Sequence record: DRR723986_817 | Length of the DNA: 59,866 nt | Strand: one strand, 5' to 3' | Part shown: positions 9,443 to 18,866 of the stretch, in pieces | Numbering within the stretch: position 1 is the first letter of the stretch | Layout of the letters: each line of letters opens with the position of its first letter | Notes under the pieces: model-generated | Seen by the model: only the letters and a program-made list of their open reading frames with translations | Told to the model about the DNA's origin: nothing | Database searches by the model: none | Translations under genes and position numbers: made by a program

Positions 9443-11272
9443 ATGAGAATGAGACATGCCGCAATCCCGCTTTGCTTCACTCTGCTTTTTGCTGCCCTGG
9501 CCACGCATGCCACAGCCCAACAATCATTCCGCCAGTTAACGGGCAACGTATCCGTCGGGAATGTTGCCAAGAGTTCGTCGGTGAAGATTCCGTACATCAC
9601 CTGGGGCGGCGACGTAGCCACTTTCTTGGCCAACGGCGATTTGAAAACGAAACCAGGATCGATCTATGCCAGCAAGAAACTGAACATCGAACTGACTCCT
9701 GGAGATGACTTCGTTGGTCAAGTAAAGGACTACGTCAGCGGCAAGAGCCCGTTCCTTCGCGGAACGTTCCGAATGCTTGGCCAAGCGAGCGAAGTCCTGG
9801 GTGCTGACCCAAGAACAAAGCCTGTCGTCATTTTGCAATTATCGTGGTCGGCTGGAGATCACATCGTTGCACGCAAAGAAATCAAATCGCTGAACGATCT
9901 GAAAGGCAAGAAAATCGCTTGCCAACAGGGCGGTCCTCATGTGGGGCTGCTTTACGATTCCTTGGATGCCGCGCAGCTAAGCAAGGACGACGTAGAAATC
10001 GTCTGGACGAAAGACCTGACAGGTCCCGGTGGGGCAGCGGAGCTGTTTCGCAAAGACTCCACCATCCACGCCTGCTGCGTTATTACTCCTGATCTAATTG
10101 GACTGACGGGCGGATTTGACACGACGGGCAGTGGGGCGGAAGGCACCGTCGCGGGCGCTCACGTTATCAACAGCACCCAGCAAATGAGCCGCTCAATCGC
10201 AGACGTTTATGCCGTTCGGAAAGACTGGTATGACGCCAATCGCGATTGGGTTGAGAAGTTCGTTGCTGGGTATCTGGCCGCCAGCAAGAAGACCGTCGAC
10301 TTGCGAAACGACTTTGAGAAATCGCAGCGTCTTGGCGGAGAGTACAAGAATCTCCTGGCCACCAGTCAACGGATCTTTGGAGCCGAGGTGCTCCCGACGC
10401 TTGAGGTTGATGCGCATGGTCTGTTGCTGGACTGTACCTTCGCCGGGCTCGCTGGCCAGCAATCGTTCTTTACCGACAAAGGCAATTTGAGTGGATTTGC
10501 ACCGAAGCTGAAAGAATCCCTTAACATGGCGACGAGCTGGGGCTACGCGTCGAGCCGACGTGGTTTTGAACCCAACAATTTTCGCTACCAGAAAATCGCC
10601 GATCTCGCAGGACTGGAGTTTAAACAGCTCAACACGTCGCAAGAGAGATTCGGAGAGATTGACAGTTTCGAAGACTTTGGCAACCTAGATCAAAACACAA
10701 TTGTTAGCTTCACGATCAGCTTCCAACCCAATCAGTTTGAGTTTTCGACCGATGTCTATGGAGGTGAATTCGAGCGTGCGTTGAAGCAAGCCAGCACCTT
10801 CGGGAACGCTCGAGTCATCATTCGCGGACATGCCGACCCCACAAAGACTCTCCAAGATCTCGTGGTCACCGGTGTAAAGAAAGGTCTGCTCAAGCAAACA
10901 GGCCAACGCGGCAATCGACGCTACTTCTTCAAAGGTAAGCCACTCGACATTGAGAACATGGGCGAAGTCGTCCAGCTCATCCAGTCTGGTGCATTTTCGG
11001 GCGGTGATCGCGACCCAGCCGTTCGCATGCAAGCAGCATTGAGCCTTTCGAAACGACGAGCTGAAAATGTGAAGAAGGCGCTCACCGAATACGCTCGGCA
11101 GATCAACGCCAACGTCGACCTCAGCCAAATCACACCTCTTGGGGCTGGCATCTCAGAACCCGTCATCACCAAACCGACCTCGATTGAAGAAGCCATGGAG
11201 AACATGCGGGTCGAGTTCCGCATTGTTAAGGTCGATGCGGAGACGATCCAACCCGACGATTTTGATTTCTAG
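9443..11272 (+). CDS. Exported NMT1/SsuA-like solute-binding protein fused to a C-terminal OmpA-like domain
   Basis: Signal peptide (ATA-QQ); SBP motifs SWSAGDHIVAR..IKSLNDLKGKKIA and IADVYAVR; OmpA-like ISFQPNQ, IRGHADP, LSKRRAENVKKAL and NMRVEFRI. Confidence 0.82.
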   Translation: MRMRHAAIPLCFTLLFAALATHATAQQSFRQLTGNVSVGNVAKSSSVKIPYITWGGDVATFLANGDLKTKPGSIYASKKLNIELTPGDDFVGQVKDYVSGKSPFLRGTFRMLGQASEVLGADPRTKPVVILQLSWSAGDHIVARKEIKSLNDLKGKKIACQQGGPHVGLLYDSLDAAQLSKDDVEIVWTKDLTGPGGAAELFRKDSTIHACCVITPDLIGLTGGFDTTGSGAEGTVAGAHVINSTQQMSRSIADVYAVRKDWYDANRDWVEKFVAGYLAASKKTVDLRNDFEKSQRLGGEYKNLLATSQRIFGAEVLPTLEVDAHGLLLDCTFAGLAGQQSFFTDKGNLSGFAPKLKESLNMATSWGYASSRRGFEPNNFRYQKIADLAGLEFKQLNTSQERFGEIDSFEDFGNLDQNTIVSFTISFQPNQFEFSTDVYGGEFERALKQASTFGNARVIIRGHADPTKTLQDLVVTGVKKGLLKQTGQRGNRRYFFKGKPLDIENMGEVVQLIQSGAFSGGDRDPAVRMQAALSLSKRRAENVKKALTEYARQINANVDLSQITPLGAGISEPVITKPTSIEEAMENMRVEFRIVKVDAETIQPDDFDF

Positions 11273-11344
11273 ATTTATTCTGTGGAGGCGGTTAGTCGGG
11301 CTCGGTGCATTGAGACGTTTTAGATCCAAGAGGTAACGAACCAT

Positions 11345-12223
11345 ATGTTCAGAATTACTGTTTCGCTATTGCTCTTGCTTGCGTTTTCCGGCCAAGCCGC
11401 AGTCGCAGACCAGAACGTGGTCATCGTTTTCGACGATTCCGGCTCAATGGACGACCGCATGTCGAGCGGAGAAAGGCGTATTGATGCAGCCAAAGGCGCC
11501 CTTGTTAAAGTGCTCGAGCGGTTGCCGCCAGAAACCAATGTTGGAGTCCTTGCCCTGAATTCAACTGTAGCTGGTTCACCGTGGATCATTCCCCTTGGCC
11601 CCATCGCAACGGTTGACTGGAAGACCAACGTCGCCCGCCTGGACGCACTTGGCGGCACCCCCTTAGGCGCGTACTTAAAGACCGGTGCGGACGCCTTGCT
11701 CAGTGCTCGCGATCAACAGGTTTATGGCGAATTTCGCCTGCTAGTCATCTCTGACGGCGAAGCCAACGATCCGCGGCTGGTAGACCGCTACCTTCCGCAG
11801 ATACTCGCTCGCGGCTTGCGGATTGAGGCCATCGGTGTCGACATGCAAAGTGACCATTCGCTGGCTACGAAGGTGCACGCCTACCGCCGAGCCGACGATG
11901 ACACATCGCTCGAGCGGGCCATATCAGAAGTCTTCGCGGAGACTTCATCCGACGACCAAGACGCGGCGGACAATTTCGAGATGCTAGAGGGCTTACCGGA
12001 TGGATTTGCCGAACAAGCCATCGCAGCGCTAACCGACGTTAGCAACGAGCCGCTTGATGGATCTGCAGCAGCCGGCAGCCGATACGGCACGAACTCAGCC
12101 TTTGTATCAGGTAGCTCGCCAAGCTGGTTCGGCGTCCTTTTCGGTGGCGGTTGCGTGTGCTTTGGAGGATTCCTCGGGCTCGTTATCCTAATCGTTATCA
12201 TCTCCAAAGCCGCGAAGAAATAG
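11345..12223 (+). CDS. Exported von Willebrand factor A domain protein with C-terminal membrane anchor
   Basis: Signal peptide; MIDAS DDSGSM, GGTPL and ISDG; hydrophobic C-terminal helix followed by KAAKK. Confidence 0.87.
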   Translation: MFRITVSLLLLLAFSGQAAVADQNVVIVFDDSGSMDDRMSSGERRIDAAKGALVKVLERLPPETNVGVLALNSTVAGSPWIIPLGPIATVDWKTNVARLDALGGTPLGAYLKTGADALLSARDQQVYGEFRLLVISDGEANDPRLVDRYLPQILARGLRIEAIGVDMQSDHSLATKVHAYRRADDDTSLERAISEVFAETSSDDQDAADNFEMLEGLPDGFAEQAIAALTDVSNEPLDGSAAAGSRYGTNSAFVSGSSPSWFGVLFGGGCVCFGGFLGLVILIVIISKAAKK

Positions 12224-12242
12224 TTTCACACCGGACGCACCG

Positions 12243-13766
12243 ATGAGTAAAGCGAAGATTTTCCTAGCCTGCTTGATCTGGCTAGTCCTTCTGTCCGCAG
12301 GCGTTGCCATCTACCGCCTCATTCTGGTACCGCGAGCAGCGGCAAAGAAGGAAGCGGAGGAGACTCAGGTCATCGAAGCGACGAGCGGCAATTCAAATTA
12401 CCGCCACACGCTTCGCTTGGGCCTGGACGGCTTCACCGGCTACGCAGTCCTACGATCTGTTTCATTAAAGAAGCAACTCCGTTCCCGCGGAATCAAGTTA
12501 GAACTCGTCGACGACGGGGCCGACTACGGGCAGCGGATGAGTTCTCTAGCGGCCGGGGATGTACATCTGGCCGCATTTCCAATTGATGCGCTTCTGAAGG
12601 CGAGCGATGCGACCGGCAAGTTGCCTGCAACAATCGTCGCGATTATCGACGAAACGGTTGGAGCCGATGCGTTGGTCGCGTACCAAGATCGTTTCCCTGA
12701 TATCAATTCACTTAACGACCCTGCCACGAAAATCGTCTACGTGGGCGACTCTCCCAGCGAGACGTTGGTTCAGGTGTTGATGCAAAAGTTTGATCTAACG
12801 GCACTGAGCAACGACTCGCTCGTTCCGGTCGCCAGTGAAGCAGAGTTGCTCCGGCGTTACAAAGCGGCTCGTCCTGCTGGCAATGAGGTCTTTGCCACTT
12901 GGGAGCCGGTCGTCAGCCAGATGAAACAAAATGATGCACTGCATGTGCTCACTGATACGAGCCAAGAGACGGGCTTCATCATTGATTCTCTTGTCGTAGG
13001 GCGAGATTTCCTTTTCAAGAATGAACCGCTGGTCCAAGAGTTCTTGGAATGCTATTTCCGCGCTCTGCACGAAATCAACAAATCGGGTGGCATTGAATCG
13101 CTGGTCAGATCCGACGCAGGAGCGGCTGGTACGAAACTAAGCAAGGAACAAATCCAAGCCCTTTCTGACGGCATCGCTTGGAAGAACACACAAGAGAATT
13201 TCGCCCATTTCGGCTTGCGCCGCGCTTCGGTTGTGTTGGTGGAAGACATGATTGACCGCGTGACCAGCATCCTCCTGCAGTCCGGGGGACTCAAGAAAGA
13301 TCCGACCAATGGACAGCCATCACGCCTGTTCTACGAGAAAACGTTGGCGGCTTTGCAATCGTCAGACTTCCACCCTGGAGTCAATTCGGAGTCGGTGCGT
13401 GAACAAGCAGCTCTTCCCAAGCTGGGAGAGTCGGACTGGCAGCGGCTCGTGCCGGTCGGAAACGCTCAAGTCCCCGCCCTAATTTACGCTCGTGGAACAT
13501 CGCGTTTGACCCAATCGAGCATGGCAAAGCTGGATGACCTCGTTGCCAACCTGGATAGCTGGCCGCGGTACTATCTAATGATCCGAGGCAACGCGAGTTC
13601 GAGAGGTGATGAATCGGCCAATCGCAAGCTGGCTCGTAGTCGTGCCGAAGCTGCTCTACAATATCTGTTATCCAAGGGCGTGCCCGCCAACAAAATGAAG
13701 GCGATGGACGGCGAACTGTCTGGCCAAACCTCCGTTACATTCGTGCTCGGTCAGATGCCGTTCTAG
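12243..13766 (+). CDS. Membrane-anchored NMT1/SsuA-like solute-binding protein fused to an OmpA-like domain
   Basis: N-terminal TM helix; DETVGADALV, ATWEPVVS and IIDSLVV; OmpA-like IRGNASSRG..ANRKLARSRAEAALQYLLSKGV. Confidence 0.8.
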   Translation: MSKAKIFLACLIWLVLLSAGVAIYRLILVPRAAAKKEAEETQVIEATSGNSNYRHTLRLGLDGFTGYAVLRSVSLKKQLRSRGIKLELVDDGADYGQRMSSLAAGDVHLAAFPIDALLKASDATGKLPATIVAIIDETVGADALVAYQDRFPDINSLNDPATKIVYVGDSPSETLVQVLMQKFDLTALSNDSLVPVASEAELLRRYKAARPAGNEVFATWEPVVSQMKQNDALHVLTDTSQETGFIIDSLVVGRDFLFKNEPLVQEFLECYFRALHEINKSGGIESLVRSDAGAAGTKLSKEQIQALSDGIAWKNTQENFAHFGLRRASVVLVEDMIDRVTSILLQSGGLKKDPTNGQPSRLFYEKTLAALQSSDFHPGVNSESVREQAALPKLGESDWQRLVPVGNAQVPALIYARGTSRLTQSSMAKLDDLVANLDSWPRYYLMIRGNASSRGDESANRKLARSRAEAALQYLLSKGVPANKMKAMDGELSGQTSVTFVLGQMPF

Positions 13767-13850
13767 GTGTGCCCATTTGGATGCAGCGACTGCTGCCGCG
13801 GTAGCAATCGTATTCCGAGTCCGCCCTGAACCAATAGAACATCGCCGAAC

Positions 13851-14579
13851 GTGGACGCCGTAAAACGCAAAGTAATCTCTGAGTTGTTCCTAGCACCAAG
13901 TGTCGTTCTTCCGATTGTCGGCGGCATCAGTGCTGGACTGCTTTCATGGGCCAGCGGAGGTAGCACGTATCTGTCAGGGGCGGCGATCGCCGGAGTTTTG
14001 GGTGGCATTGGCTGGATGCTCACCAGAATGGTCTTCAAAGTCGAAGACATTACAGAAGCTGCCATGGGAGCCCAGCTTGACAAGAAACTCCGGCAGGAGA
14101 ACCAAGAGCTAGACGCGTTAGCTGCCAAGCTACGAACGGATCGGGACCATCGAACACAGGATTATTTGACTCTGCTAAGATCTCTTCGAGCCGACTTTGA
14201 AACGGAAGCGGCCGAGCAGGGTGGCCACTTTCGCAGCGCCCAGATTCGCGAAAAGGTGGGCCAAATATTCCATGCGGCTGTCGATCAACTCGAAGAGTCG
14301 TATAAATTATGGGAACGAGCTCAGAAGCTTAGCGGCGACACCAAACAACGGGTGCTCGACCAACGCGAGCAAGTGCTCAAGGAAATCGAAGAAACCGTCG
14401 TTCGAATCGGCGAATCTGTCGACCACTTTCGCCAGACGGTACGGGCGGAAAAGAATATTGACCTGGCAGCTCTGCGAGAAGAGCTTGATGCGACTATGCG
14501 AGTTGCCAGGCGGACTGAGGAACGAATGCGACAACTGGAGCAGCCCTCGTCCGATCACGAATCATTCATCAACGAATAG
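13851..14579 (+). CDS. Membrane protein with two TM helices and a long coiled-coil tail
   Basis: Hydrophobic N-terminal hairpin followed by about 170 aa of charged helical sequence; GTG start. Confidence 0.75.
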   Translation: MDAVKRKVISELFLAPSVVLPIVGGISAGLLSWASGGSTYLSGAAIAGVLGGIGWMLTRMVFKVEDITEAAMGAQLDKKLRQENQELDALAAKLRTDRDHRTQDYLTLLRSLRADFETEAAEQGGHFRSAQIREKVGQIFHAAVDQLEESYKLWERAQKLSGDTKQRVLDQREQVLKEIEETVVRIGESVDHFRQTVRAEKNIDLAALREELDATMRVARRTEERMRQLEQPSSDHESFINE

Positions 14580-14597
14580 AACAGAGGCATTGCATCC

Positions 14598-15410
14598 ATG
14601 TTTAAAGCCGTTGGAAAGTACTTTCGCGCGGTCTGGTACCTGATGACCTTTCGCGTGAACAAGGCAAGTGAAACTCTGCGGATGAACCCCGGTGTTGTAT
14701 CGGCGAACTACGATCGCGTCATTGAAGAGAAACGCTCGCGCCTGAATCAATACAAAGACGCGGTCAGCGCCATGATCGCTCAAGAGGAAAGCAAAAAAGA
14801 GCGTCTGCGCAGCCTAACCGACGAAATTGAAAAGCTTGAAAAGCTCCGCTCCGGTGCCGCCGCAAAGGCGAAGAAACTGGTCGAGAAATACAATGGCGAC
14901 GTCTCGGCCGTAAAGAGCGACCCGGATTACATCAAATGCCAAGCTGCGTTTAAGGATTTCTCTAGCACACTGTCAGAAAAACAACAGCGTGCTTCCGAGA
15001 TCGACGAAGACCTGAAGCAACTAGTTGCAAACGTTGGCGGACACAAGACTCAGATCCAATCTTTGATGCGAGACCTTGAAAAGCTCAAAGAAGAGAAGCA
15101 CGACGCCGTTGCAGACATCCTATCTGCCACGGAGGAGAAGCAGATCGCGGATATGATGACCGGCCTGTCCAACGATCGCACCAGCGAAGAGCTCCGCGAA
15201 CTTCGTGAGATGCGTCAAAAGGCGAGTGCTAACGCTCGCATCAGCCGCGAACTGGCCGGCATGGACACCCAACGCGCAGAAGCGGAATTCCTTGAGTACG
15301 CTCAAACGAGCGAAGCGGATGATGAGTTCGACGCGCTCATTGGACTTTCACAGAAAGAATCCGGCACGAACGAGCCACCTCAGCAAGACACGCAAATCCC
15401 AGAAGCTTAA
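14598..15410 (+). CDS. PspA/IM30 (ESCRT-III superfamily)-like coiled-coil protein
   Basis: N-terminal amphipathic helix MFKAVGKYFRAVWYL, then NP followed by a long helical hairpin; C-terminal ADDEFDALIG resembles PspA helix 5; GAGG RBS. Confidence 0.75.
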   Translation: MFKAVGKYFRAVWYLMTFRVNKASETLRMNPGVVSANYDRVIEEKRSRLNQYKDAVSAMIAQEESKKERLRSLTDEIEKLEKLRSGAAAKAKKLVEKYNGDVSAVKSDPDYIKCQAAFKDFSSTLSEKQQRASEIDEDLKQLVANVGGHKTQIQSLMRDLEKLKEEKHDAVADILSATEEKQIADMMTGLSNDRTSEELRELREMRQKASANARISRELAGMDTQRAEAEFLEYAQTSEADDEFDALIGLSQKESGTNEPPQQDTQIPEA

Positions 15411-15577
15411 CGGCCAGCGGAGCGTTCGAGCTGCGATACTTAATCAGCTCTGCGCAAGAAACGTCATGTGCCCGATCGGCACTCGTTCATCGAGACCATT
15501 TCATCTGAAGCGTCGTAATACGCGACCTGTCAGCAAAAGAATACACAATTGCAATTATGCAAAAGGGACGCAGACTC

Positions 15578-16669
15578 GTGATAAAACACTTTCCAACATT
15601 GATCTGCTTGAGTTCGCTGCTTTTACTTTCAGGTTGTGGCAAATCTGAAAAACAAGGGGACACCGGAGTTGCTTCAGGCGATCTCCCCAGCTTCAACCTC
15701 GCATGGAGCGAGTACCCAAGCTGGTCAGTGTTCGGCGTCGCTCATGAATTGGGATTGATCGACAAAGCTGCAGGGAAGGTTGGCACCATTGAAGAAAAGC
15801 ATGGTGTGGACATTGTCTTGACGGAAGCTGGCTACGACAGTTGCCTGAATATGTATACGTCAGGCAATTGCGATGCGGTATGCATGACCAACATGGATGC
15901 ACTTGTAGTATGCCCCAGTAGAAGCGGAGTCGCGTTTCTGCCGACCAGCACTAGTGTCGGTGCAGACGCATGTATCGTTGTTGGAATTGACAACATCGAT
16001 CAACTCAAGGACCACAAGATCTACGGTCTACAAGGAACCGTGTCGCAGTATTGCTTCGCCCGCTGCATCGAAGAACTCGCCAAAGAATCTGGCGGATCGC
16101 AGAAGCCATCTGACTACGATTTCACAAACCAAGATCCTGCTGCCGCAGCAGCCGCCATGACCAGCAAACAGGATAGCCACAAGGCGATCATGGTCTGGAA
16201 CCCATTCGTGCTGCAGACGCAGAATGATCGCCCCGATGCAAAAGTGCTTTTCGATTCGAGCATGATTCCCGGCGAAATTGTCGACATGGTCGTCCTGGGT
16301 GCAGATGTAAAGGACAAAGAAGGCGCCGACAAATTCATGGCAGCCGTCGCGGACGTCTTTTACGCAATGAATACTGAGCTAGCCACACCAGGCGAAAGGG
16401 GAGATCAAGTTCTCGTTGATCTTGGCCAGAAGTTCTCCAATCTCGGTCTTGAGGACATGAAAACGGTCGTTAAGCAAACTCAATTCTACAAATCAGCCGA
16501 CGAAGCTAAGACGTTGCTCGAAAGCGATGACTTCAAGAACACGATGAAGACAGTCGAAGCGTTTTGCGTGGAGCAGGAGTTGGTGAAAGATCCAAGCTAT
16601 TCGTTCGACGGCGACGCTAGTGCATACTTGCAATTCGACGCGTCGATCGTCTCGGGGCTCACAGAATAG
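15578..16669 (+). CDS. ABC transporter substrate-binding lipoprotein (NMT1/SsuA-like)
   Basis: Lipobox LLSGC; AWSEYPSWSVF, TSTSVGADA, VWNPF and IPGEIVDMVV. GTG 15578 follows AAGGGA; alternative ATG at 15557. Confidence 0.82.
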   Translation: MIKHFPTLICLSSLLLLSGCGKSEKQGDTGVASGDLPSFNLAWSEYPSWSVFGVAHELGLIDKAAGKVGTIEEKHGVDIVLTEAGYDSCLNMYTSGNCDAVCMTNMDALVVCPSRSGVAFLPTSTSVGADACIVVGIDNIDQLKDHKIYGLQGTVSQYCFARCIEELAKESGGSQKPSDYDFTNQDPAAAAAAMTSKQDSHKAIMVWNPFVLQTQNDRPDAKVLFDSSMIPGEIVDMVVLGADVKDKEGADKFMAAVADVFYAMNTELATPGERGDQVLVDLGQKFSNLGLEDMKTVVKQTQFYKSADEAKTLLESDDFKNTMKTVEAFCVEQELVKDPSYSFDGDASAYLQFDASIVSGLTE

Positions 16670-16725
16670 CCTGTTCGAATTGGGGGACCTTTACCTCTTC
16701 TCTGATTGAGCCAATAAACTCCTAA

Positions 16726-17733
16726 TTGCGAGAGACAAGTGTGATACGGCAGCCGATTTCGACCAAATTTCGTATCGGCCTAGCCGTTTCCTCGGTGCTC
16801 ATCATGGTGCTGCTGTACACGTTGCTTTCTGAAAGCAAGCAACGCGCTGCTCGACGCGAGGCAGTCGAAATAGCCAACGAACAACTGGTGACGATCGTCG
16901 AACAACTCGCCGAGTCCAACGAATCCCTCCGCGCAACAGATGATCCATCTCCGCAGCGCACCCGAACTCTCCAACGCATTGAAAAGTTAGAAGCCGACAA
17001 GGTCAAGTTCACCCAGATGCGTGAATCGCCCAATCGGGCCGACCGGACAATGCCTAGCTGGTCGATGCTGTATAAAGACGGACTCATCCGCTCCATTACG
17101 CCACAGGGTTCATTTGAGCGTAAAGAAGTCTGGCTCTACGAAGACTTCTATGCCACTGGCAAGCGACTTATTGTGGCAATGGTTTTGGGCGGATTTCTAT
17201 CGGTCTTCATTGGGCTCATGATGGGGTGTTTCGATCCTGTCGAAGCGTTCTTGATGCCGCCGTTCGCATTTTTGTCGAAAGTGCCAGCAACCGCGGTTCT
17301 GCCAGTCTTTTTCGTCATCGTGCAGATTAATTTTTCGATGTACGTCGCCATCGTGATATTTGGAATGCTGCCTAGCTTGGCACAGGCAATATCGGCTAGC
17401 GTCCGGAAGGATGTCCCCGAAGAATTGATTTTCAAAGCATACACGCTTGGGGCCAGTCAGGTTGAATTGATTTGGAACGTCATCGTTCGGCAGATCTTGC
17501 CAAGGATGATTGACGCGATTCGACTGCAGATCGGGCCTGCCCTAGTGCTGCTCGTCGCGGCAGAATGGATGGTCTCCGGCGAAGGGATTGGTTATCGCTT
17601 GCGACTATTTTATCAGCGAACCGACATGACAGTCGTTTTTGTGTACGTGGTCTTGCTCGGCATCATCGGCTTACTTGCCGACTATTTCCTGATCTGGCTT
17701 CGTCGCCGCTTATGCCCATGGTTTGGTGATTGA
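16726..17733 (+). CDS. ABC transporter permease (NitT/TauT type)
   Basis: EAA-like loop VPEELIFKAYTLGAS, LVAAEW..SGEGIGY and multiple TM helices. Start is TTG 16726 or GTG 16741. Confidence 0.9.
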   Translation: MRETSVIRQPISTKFRIGLAVSSVLIMVLLYTLLSESKQRAARREAVEIANEQLVTIVEQLAESNESLRATDDPSPQRTRTLQRIEKLEADKVKFTQMRESPNRADRTMPSWSMLYKDGLIRSITPQGSFERKEVWLYEDFYATGKRLIVAMVLGGFLSVFIGLMMGCFDPVEAFLMPPFAFLSKVPATAVLPVFFVIVQINFSMYVAIVIFGMLPSLAQAISASVRKDVPEELIFKAYTLGASQVELIWNVIVRQILPRMIDAIRLQIGPALVLLVAAEWMVSGEGIGYRLRLFYQRTDMTVVFVYVVLLGIIGLLADYFLIWLRRRLCPWFGD

Positions 17734-17806
17734 GTCGTAGCTGACGAGCACCTGTTCACTCAGCGAATCACAGCCGTACCGCAAACTTCCAAACAGTCCT
17801 ATAGCC

Positions 17807-18769
17807 ATGACTAGACCCGACGCAACGAGCCCGCAACTCGACTACGAAACCGACGACATCGTTCTCGAGTGCAAGAATGTTAGCCAGTGGTTCGGAAGCA
17901 ACAAGGTTCTAGGAGACGTCAATCTTCGCATCGGACGAGGGCAAATTTGTGCACTGGTTGGTCCGAGCGGCAGCGGTAAATCCACGCTTCTACGCGCCAT
18001 CCTTGGAACGCATCCAGCGAAGGGCGGCGAAGTATTGATGGACGGAGTTGCGTACCGGAAGCCACACCGCGATCGCGGAATCGTCTACCAGCGATATTCG
18101 CTGTTTCCCTTCCTGACGGCCGAGGAAAATGTGGCGTTTGGTTTGACGCTCGATGAGACCTCAATTCCGTTCCGCCTGTTTCAGTTTCCACAATTCCGCA
18201 AGAAAAAGGCTGAGTACGTCCGCCGAGCGGGCGAGCTCCTAGACCGCGTTGGACTTGGACACGCCAAGAAGAAGTATCCGACCGAATTGTCTGGCGGCAT
18301 GTGTCAGCGGGTGGCCATTGCCCAAGCATTGATCATGCGTCCTAAGCTACTGCTGCTCGATGAACCATTTGGTGCGCTTGATGAAGCAACACGCGAAAGC
18401 CTGCAGTTGATGCTACTCCAGCTCTACGAAGAAAACCTGAAAGCACGAGCGGCGGGCAAGCCGGAGCCGCATACCATCCTTATCGTGACTCACGAACTTA
18501 ACGAGGCACTCTACGTCTCAGATCGTATCCTTGGCCTTTCCCAGTACCATACCGAAGGGGATCAAGGAGCCACGATCGTATACGACAAGCCAGCGCCTAT
18601 CTTCCGCCCCAATGACGAAAAAGATCTCAGCAGGTTTCAGCAACAGAAAGAAGTCTTGCTGGAGAGTGTCTTTAGCGAAGACTGTATGCAGCACCATTCC
18701 GAATTCGTTTCCTTTTGGAACGAAGTCGCAGAAGCTCGCAGCAGTGTGATTGAATCGAAAACAGAATAA
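17807..18769 (+). CDS. ABC transporter ATP-binding protein (NitT/TauT type)
   Basis: Walker A GPSGSGKS, signature LSGGM, Walker B LLLLDEPFGALD and H-loop VTHE. Confidence 0.93.
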   Translation: MTRPDATSPQLDYETDDIVLECKNVSQWFGSNKVLGDVNLRIGRGQICALVGPSGSGKSTLLRAILGTHPAKGGEVLMDGVAYRKPHRDRGIVYQRYSLFPFLTAEENVAFGLTLDETSIPFRLFQFPQFRKKKAEYVRRAGELLDRVGLGHAKKKYPTELSGGMCQRVAIAQALIMRPKLLLLDEPFGALDEATRESLQLMLLQLYEENLKARAAGKPEPHTILIVTHELNEALYVSDRILGLSQYHTEGDQGATIVYDKPAPIFRPNDEKDLSRFQQQKEVLLESVFSEDCMQHHSEFVSFWNEVAEARSSVIESKTE

Positions 18770-18866
18770 TGCTGGCCCGCGTTCGCTTACCTTCATCAGA
18801 TGAGTAAACGCGAGTGTCAACGTCACGCAGATTGCTTATCGCCAGGCTCAGCTCTGACTACTCAAA

